Positions 57,227 to 64,000 of a DNA stretch of 64,000 bases are shown here, in pieces. Origin of the DNA: Bugula neritina (taxonomy: Eukaryota; Animalia; Bryozoa); contig OZ037772.1 of assembly GCA_964035545.1 (NCBI GenBank), forward strand, positions 3,687,538 to 3,751,537. Direction: 5' to 3'. Positions within the stretch are counted from its first letter, which is position 1. Every line of letters begins with the position of its first letter. Below the pieces are notes generated by a model. It did no database searches. It had not been told where the DNA came from and worked only from the letters and a program-made list of their open reading frames with translations. Both the position numbers and the translations under genes were made by a program.

Positions 57227-57295
57227 TTGCTGTATCAGCTGATAATTGTTGCTGTATCAGCTGATAATTGTTGCTGTATCAGCTGATAATTGTTC
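57227..57295. repeat. 22-bp perfect tandem repeat x3
   Basis: GTTGCTGTATCAGCTGATAATT. Confidence 0.9.
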
Positions 57296-60200
57296 CTGCG
57301 TCAGCACGTGTGCTGTTTGGCACGGATGCCTATGTATTATGATTCACTTAACAAAGGGTGAATGGATTGAGGACACAGATGCAGGCCACAACTCTGTTTG
57401 TTGTTTATTGCCAACAGTATATTTTCTAAGTTAGACTTAGACTCGAACTCATACTGATGCTCATACTGTAACCTATAACCATGAGAATTACAAACATCAT
57501 GTTAACTCAACATTGATTACACAGCTGACAAAACATTTAGTTAATGAAGTTCAAAACAAAAGATAATATAATACTTGATACTCACAATTAAGTATAGATT
57601 GCCTGCATCTTTAGCAGAAGGAAAATTGAGCTACACTGACTCATTGAATAAAAATAGCCAGCAAATAGCTATTTGCGAAAGCTTTCACAAATAGCTTTCA
57701 TTTCACAATGGTTTTTGGAAAGCTGCCAAAACTCCTGCAACACAGAGATCTATATATGGCCTTCAAAGCTATTAAAATATATTTTATAGAGTTCCAATCA
57801 CCATTATAACAAAGTTTGAGTATAGTAGGCAATATAATTACTGAACAGACTAACTTTAAATATATATTAACGTAGGAGGTCTAACATTATTATTAAAAAC
57901 AAAGTAACAAAAGTAACAATTAGCTAATGTTGCTTTCAAAACAAAATGATTATTTACAGGTATACATTATTAAATTAAAATGTTTGGTATTAGATTACAT
58001 CATATAGTTTTTTGGTAAACATTATGCATTCATGATTGTTTCCCTAATCAACAAGAAGTCATATTATGCAGTTTGATGATTTGGATTATTTAAAAAAGAT
58101 AATTGTATTTTTAGTAAATTGTTACACGAAACAAAATTGCACATTTTCTCATAAATTTAACTACAGTTAAAACAACATTATTATTTTTTGGTAAGACTGG
58201 AAGAAATTAAAATAATACTCAACCTAAGAAGATACATACCTTTTGCTGTCTCCAACTTGCTGCTCAACTTTTCATTTTTGCTTCTGGTAGAAACAGGCAT
58301 TTTTTCTAAGAATTTAGTTATATAGTGTTTAAAAGTACTATGGTTTCCCAGCAAGCTTTAACCTTGCTGAAATGTAACTTTCCAGTGTCAGAATAGTAGG
58401 TTTGACAAAATTTCTTATTTATATACTGCTATAATAGTAACAAAGAAAATTATCTGTTCCTGCAATTACTTCTACTAAGGTCTAGAGGGAGAGTGCATCC
58501 CTATAATTATGCAAAAGATAATAGACCCTTTGTAGTTCTGGGCCAAGTTTCTTTTCATCTTCATAATAATCAGGAAGCTTAAGTAAGCTTAAAACTTTTT
58601 AATTTACTAAAAATGGCTGCCAAGAGTTGTACTTTAGTTTGAACCTTATAAAAAAATCCTGGAATTAGCCAACTTCAAAAGCACTGTCATAATTATAAAT
58701 TTTTTTGAAGAAGTTTACCCTCAAATACTGTATAATAAAGAAAAATCTTCAAGCTTTCTTGGTTTTGTGTTATCTCAGTACATGTGGAGTTTATAGTCTC
58801 TATGAGAGACCTTTTTCAACTGGCTGAGCATAATAGCTGAAAATTTTGTCTGCTGTCACTACAACAAGAACTTTTATAATAGGAGATGTTAAAAAATGCT
58901 TGCAGCTTACTTTTGCGACTATAAATATTAGACCCTGTAGCATATAAGATACACCAAGTTTCATTCACAATAAACCTAATGGGAATCAAGAGATATTAAA
59001 TTCAAAGTTATTAACACATATTATTGAAAACTATTTATACATGTCTTACTCTTTTTTTGTGTAGGTAGTAAAATTATATGACTAGCAAGAAATTTAGATT
59101 TTGATATTCACCCATTGCGTGAACAATATTTTTTCTAACTGAATTATTTTACTTGAAAAATTTTCAAAACAGGTAAACCAATTCAGCAACTAGTTTTAAA
59201 GTTTGAAAAAGGCATGTAGCACCAGTGCTACACTGGTCGTCTGTCTCTAAGAGTAACAATTCAGTTTAATTCCAATTGGCAACTCCCCTCCATATAAACT
59301 CCAAACAATATATTCTACTTGAACTGCTATATTTAAAAACATTAGAAAATGAAAATCATACTTTTTATAAATAGTATGTATAGTAACTTTCATAAAATAA
59401 GCAAGCGCTTTGCTGGGAATATTTTGTTGCATGCAATTAATAGAAACTGGGGGAACCCTGAGTATGTCTCATGTAAACACAGTTGGAGCAAATACACCAG
59501 TTAACTGTAGAATGGCTAAATATTTGCAGCTATAATAACGCCTCTAAACAATTCAACTAAAAAGTAGACATGAATGTGGACATTGTAGCTATTTGGTTAT
59601 AATTAGTATAATAGCTAAGCTGTGAATTTGCTCTTATCCTTACTAATTGACAGACAAATGAAGAATTTAAAAGTAAAAAATTCAAACAATAAAATCTTTT
59701 AATAACCTCATACCCCAATACATTAGGCCAGGAACTACGACAAATTAAAACAAATAATGGCTGTCTTAAATTTGCCTATAAATTTTTTGCGGCTACTTAC
59801 ATTTTTCTTTCATATATTGAAGAAGACACAATTAGTGACAGTTTAGAATTAGCAAAAGCTAGCAACTGTAAGACATGTAGTATTAATCAAGTAGCTAACC
59901 TATTACACAGGAAACTTGACAAATAAAATTTTCTGCTTCAGCAAGAGAAGTTTAAGTTTTTTACCACCTTGTCTCATTAAATGCTTAAATATTTTATGTG
60001 TATAAACACCTAAAGTAAGTTTGTGATTTGAAATTAATGGCAAAAGGTTAGACTCAACTAATTGACTATTGCCTTTTTTGGCCTGGGCCAAGGCTAAACA
60101 ACTTAATTAACTACTAAAAGTTTGTGGAGAACTCGAACAGCTGACAAATTAAGTAATTTTAGAGGTAATGGTTTTCATTATAGAGTTATTAACAGGTTCC

Positions 60201-62692
60201 AACCTTATAGAGATACACAGAGGGCTACATAAGGGCAATGACAGCTACAATAAGTATAACATAGGACATGAAGTTTAAAGTAATTCTGATGGCAATTCCC
60301 CAAGAATCAATATTATACTATACAAATGTAAACTGTGAACACATCTCTTTAACTTGCTGAAACTGCATACCAGCAAGAAATCTTTTAACGAAGATAAATT
60401 GTATTTTGTAAAACTGTTCACTGTTACCGTGCAACTGTGACTGAATAAGGAAACATAGAGCAAGCCATTTTTTGTAAAACTAATCATAAAGTACAGAATA
60501 AGTCATGAAAAGTTGTATAATTTTGTATTTTATACCGAAAAAAGTTTTCTTTAGTTAAATTATTATTTTAGTTGTTGAAAGAACAACTGTTATATTGACT
60601 CTAATAGTTTCACTTGAAGCTTTCCTGCAGTGTAGCAGTGCTTTTTCTCTCCATTCAGTCAGTTACTTAATTGTTACTTAAAGTCAGTCAACAACTAAAG
60701 TTACTAGTCTGTAGGCTGTTCTATTTACTCTAGGGCCTAGGCTTTAAAAATGAAGAACTTCATTCTCCACCATCTAACACTTGTAACCTATTGATGGTCC
60801 AGGGTGCTTTGCTTGCCATACTTTGGCTTACAGACAGAGAATTAAAATTGCTTTTTATTACTGGGTACCTGTTATATTTTGCTCTTACAAGATAAATAAG
60901 TTTTAGAATATGCTAAAAGTATAAAAAACATAAAAACATTTTTAATGGTAGCACCATACATTGTTGTCCAGCTCGTATCTCTATCCTATTATTTTGCGTT
61001 ATTATTATTGTTATCAATTTGTGAAAAGAGGTACTGAAAAAGCTTTTTATGAAACTTTGAAACATTTACCCCCTACACAACTTACTGGATTGCTCTGTAT
61101 CACTGTAGGCTAGCGGCAAAGCTAACCAAAATTGCTTTTTCTGAAGTCTAGCTTTTGTGAAAATTGGCAAGCTTTAGTTAATAACCTGTAATTATATAGC
61201 CAAGTTGTTTAATTAAGATTTAAATTAGCATTGTGTTACACACAATAGTTTCGGAAAACAATTGAAAGAAAAGTTCAATAATATATTACTAAAATACCAG
61301 GAGAGTCTTGCTTATGTTTATAATTAGCATGCATTAAACATTCTGTATTTCAATGAAAGATGTCTTACACATTGTAGAAGGAAAGTTGTCTACTTGCCTT
61401 AGTTTACAAGGCTATAGCATAATGATAGTAGTAGACTGTTACTCAAACAAAAAAATTAGGAAGAAATTTGGTGCTTGTCATAAATATTATGTTAATTTGT
61501 CTCTCTAGCATTAGGACAAAAAGAGAGATAAACCAGTTGCCTATATTGTGAGATTGTGCATAAACTGCTATATACTAGCTTACAAATTGTTGAGTGCCAA
61601 TATTTAAATTATCAATATATTTATGTTAGGTAAGGCCAGTAAGAAAATTTAGTTTACCAGTGGTAACTTATATATTTTGACTGCTAGAAAGTTCAACTGC
61701 ATTAACAAATAAGCCTCCTTATGCTGTGTAAGATTAAATAAAAAGTACATAAAAGCAGTAACAAAGACAAGTTCTGAAACGTCTGCTCTTGCAAACAAAA
61801 TGCCTAATTGCTAAGTGTTGGGAGCAGTTTCGAAGAAGCTTGTATATTATACCACTAATTGTTACCATTCAATCTATAAGTTACTGTTAAAAATGGAAAA
61901 AAAATCCAAGGCACATTCAGAAGCTTGCTAATATATTTCTTTTAAAGCAATTGCAATCAAAGAGTAATTTGTAGTGTAACGGCTGGATTTCTAGCCCACA
62001 AAAAGTTTCAATAGCTTATAAAAGGGGAGACAACAGACGTGCCTCACCTGCCTGCCACAGACGTGTGTCACTTGCAGTAAATGGTAAATAGTATTATAAT
62101 GAGTGGTAATGAGGGATGAGCTCCATTACATATGAATGTTATTAATTACATTTAATTTGGTTTTCACAAGGTATAAATAGAAGTTTAAAAATTGTACTCC
62201 TGGGGTCCAACTATGTGGGGCAATTTTAACATTGGCTAATTTTCTTTGTTCTCAGCAGTGATTACTAGTGGATACAATACTGCAATGAATTATTCTGAAC
62301 TTGTTTATAATTAAATACAATTGGTATGGTAGAACAAGTGTGAATTCTTTTTAGGATTTAAACTTTGAAATATAATAGATATGCAATTACGAAGAAATTC
62401 TAAAACAGATTACATTTCTAGATGTGTCATATATGTTCTACAATTACAGTTTTATACATCAATAACAAATTTATACATATGTAACAAATTACATTCAATT
62501 ACTTGAAAAAAATAATTTATCACAGCTAATTACAAATTACAATTTCTCAAACTCTGGTGGTAATGGTTAATAACTGGCAGACTCAAATATCCTGTGTGCA
62601 GAAGTTTTTAGGGTTACTGATGATATTTAAAAACATTTTCTATTTGGTTTGTCACATTTCTAATTTTCGTCCCCCATATTTAAGAGCTGAGA

Positions 62693-62793
<101 letters not shown>

Positions 62794-64000
62794 CTATAAA
62801 CATGCACGTACATAAAGAAAATAACATTCATGCAACTATTAGTAAATACTGTTTAGTATAAGCTTTTACTAATTTTGCTATGGCATGTAGCTGCATTATA
62901 ATAAATAGCGAGTTATTATACACTACTAAATGGATTGGTGGAGATCACAAAGCACTTTATAGTCGTTTATGCAAAGTTTTTCTTTCAGTCTAATATATGA
63001 AAGTTATAAAAATTATTTTAAAGAGAACACACACTAACTGAAAGCCATTTGTTTTCAATAAAGTATATCATAGACCTGCATAATTTGTTCAGGAAAGAAG
63101 AGAGAGCCCCAAAGGAAGAGCCACGCCTACCATGTCCAATGAAAACAGACCTGTCATACTAAGTAGCTACAGACCTGCTATACCAAATCAAACTAAAACC
63201 TGTCATATTGCACAAAACTGAACCTGCAGTACTGAGCAAAGAGCAACCAATCAAATATTCCAAGCAAAGAGAAAACAATTCAGCATTGTGAGAAAACCTC
63301 CCCAGGGGGAATCAGCAAACTCTGACAGCTGGTCAAAGTTTTAGCTACAGAAAAGGAAGAATTGCCGAGTATAGTGATTATTCAGTGAAGAAAACCGCAT
63401 GCTTACCTTGTTCTGGTAACCACTACACAACTGTGAAGAGAAAGTGCTGGAAAGCTACACAACTTTGAGAGATTTCTCATACAGACAGCTGTTCTATAAG
63501 AAGTGTTACATAAGAGTTGTGACTATTGACTATTATAGACAGGGTTGTAAGAATGTGGACACAGTTTTAGGATTTCTTATTTTAGGAATCCAATACTTTA
63601 GTTATGTTATGATAGCATTAACTTAGCAGAAGCTTTGGTGGAATTTGATATAATGCTTAATTACTACTCAAAGCAGAATAGTTTAGTATTTTTTTTAAAA
63701 AGAACATAATATTATATTTGTATTTTCTTATAAATAAATGTTTATTATACATGCTGGTCATAAAAGTCAATTCATTATATGGTATACAAAATTACATCTG
63801 TAAATAAACATGTGCATGCTGCAGCTGAAAAATTACAAATAAAATGAGAAGGAAACAAAACGTATTCAACTGGATGAGTCATCAGATGACATTGCTGTAT
63901 AAAATGACGAATTAGGAAAGAGAAAGCCTGTGGAAACAAAGCAACACTGAACTACAATGTGGCTAACAAATACCAGGTCAGCAGAAATAATATCAAAATC

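Noticed and set aside
63085-63630. Purine-rich, exon-like stretch near the window end
   Set aside because: The frames examined are interrupted and no family could be recognised.

Overview
AT-rich, intron-containing genomic DNA from an animal, probably an invertebrate (GT-AG introns, fibrillar collagen, TRIM, CLASP and SPOP homologues). The species cannot be determined from the sequence alone. Only one gene reconstructs as intact: a 7-coding-exon TRIM-type E3 ligase (RING, two B-boxes, coiled coil, beta-propeller; + strand 908-8192, 619 aa). The rest is a mosaic of broken gene copies: an inverted orphan 3' end of a TRIM paralogue, a valyl-tRNA synthetase pseudogene with stops, a frameshift, missing exons and no KMSKS half, a degenerate fibrillar collagen with upstream Cys-rich exons, a coiled-coil pseudogene, a 3' CLASP fragment, a captured 178-bp TRIM propeller fragment, an intronless SPOP pseudogene, a C2H2 zinc-finger stub and a DUF4806-like relic. 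These are mixed with non-autonomous DNA transposons (TA-TSD element, hAT-type elements with 8-bp TSDs, a foldback element with a (TA)n core, hairpin MITEs), Gypsy gag and LINE remnants, and many intronic minisatellites. The most notable signal is that the TRIM propeller copies differ almost only at amino-acid-changing positions. This suggests a diversifying TRIM receptor family, and the orphan fragments might act as sequence donors. All identifications come from manual translation and recalled family motifs, not from database searches.
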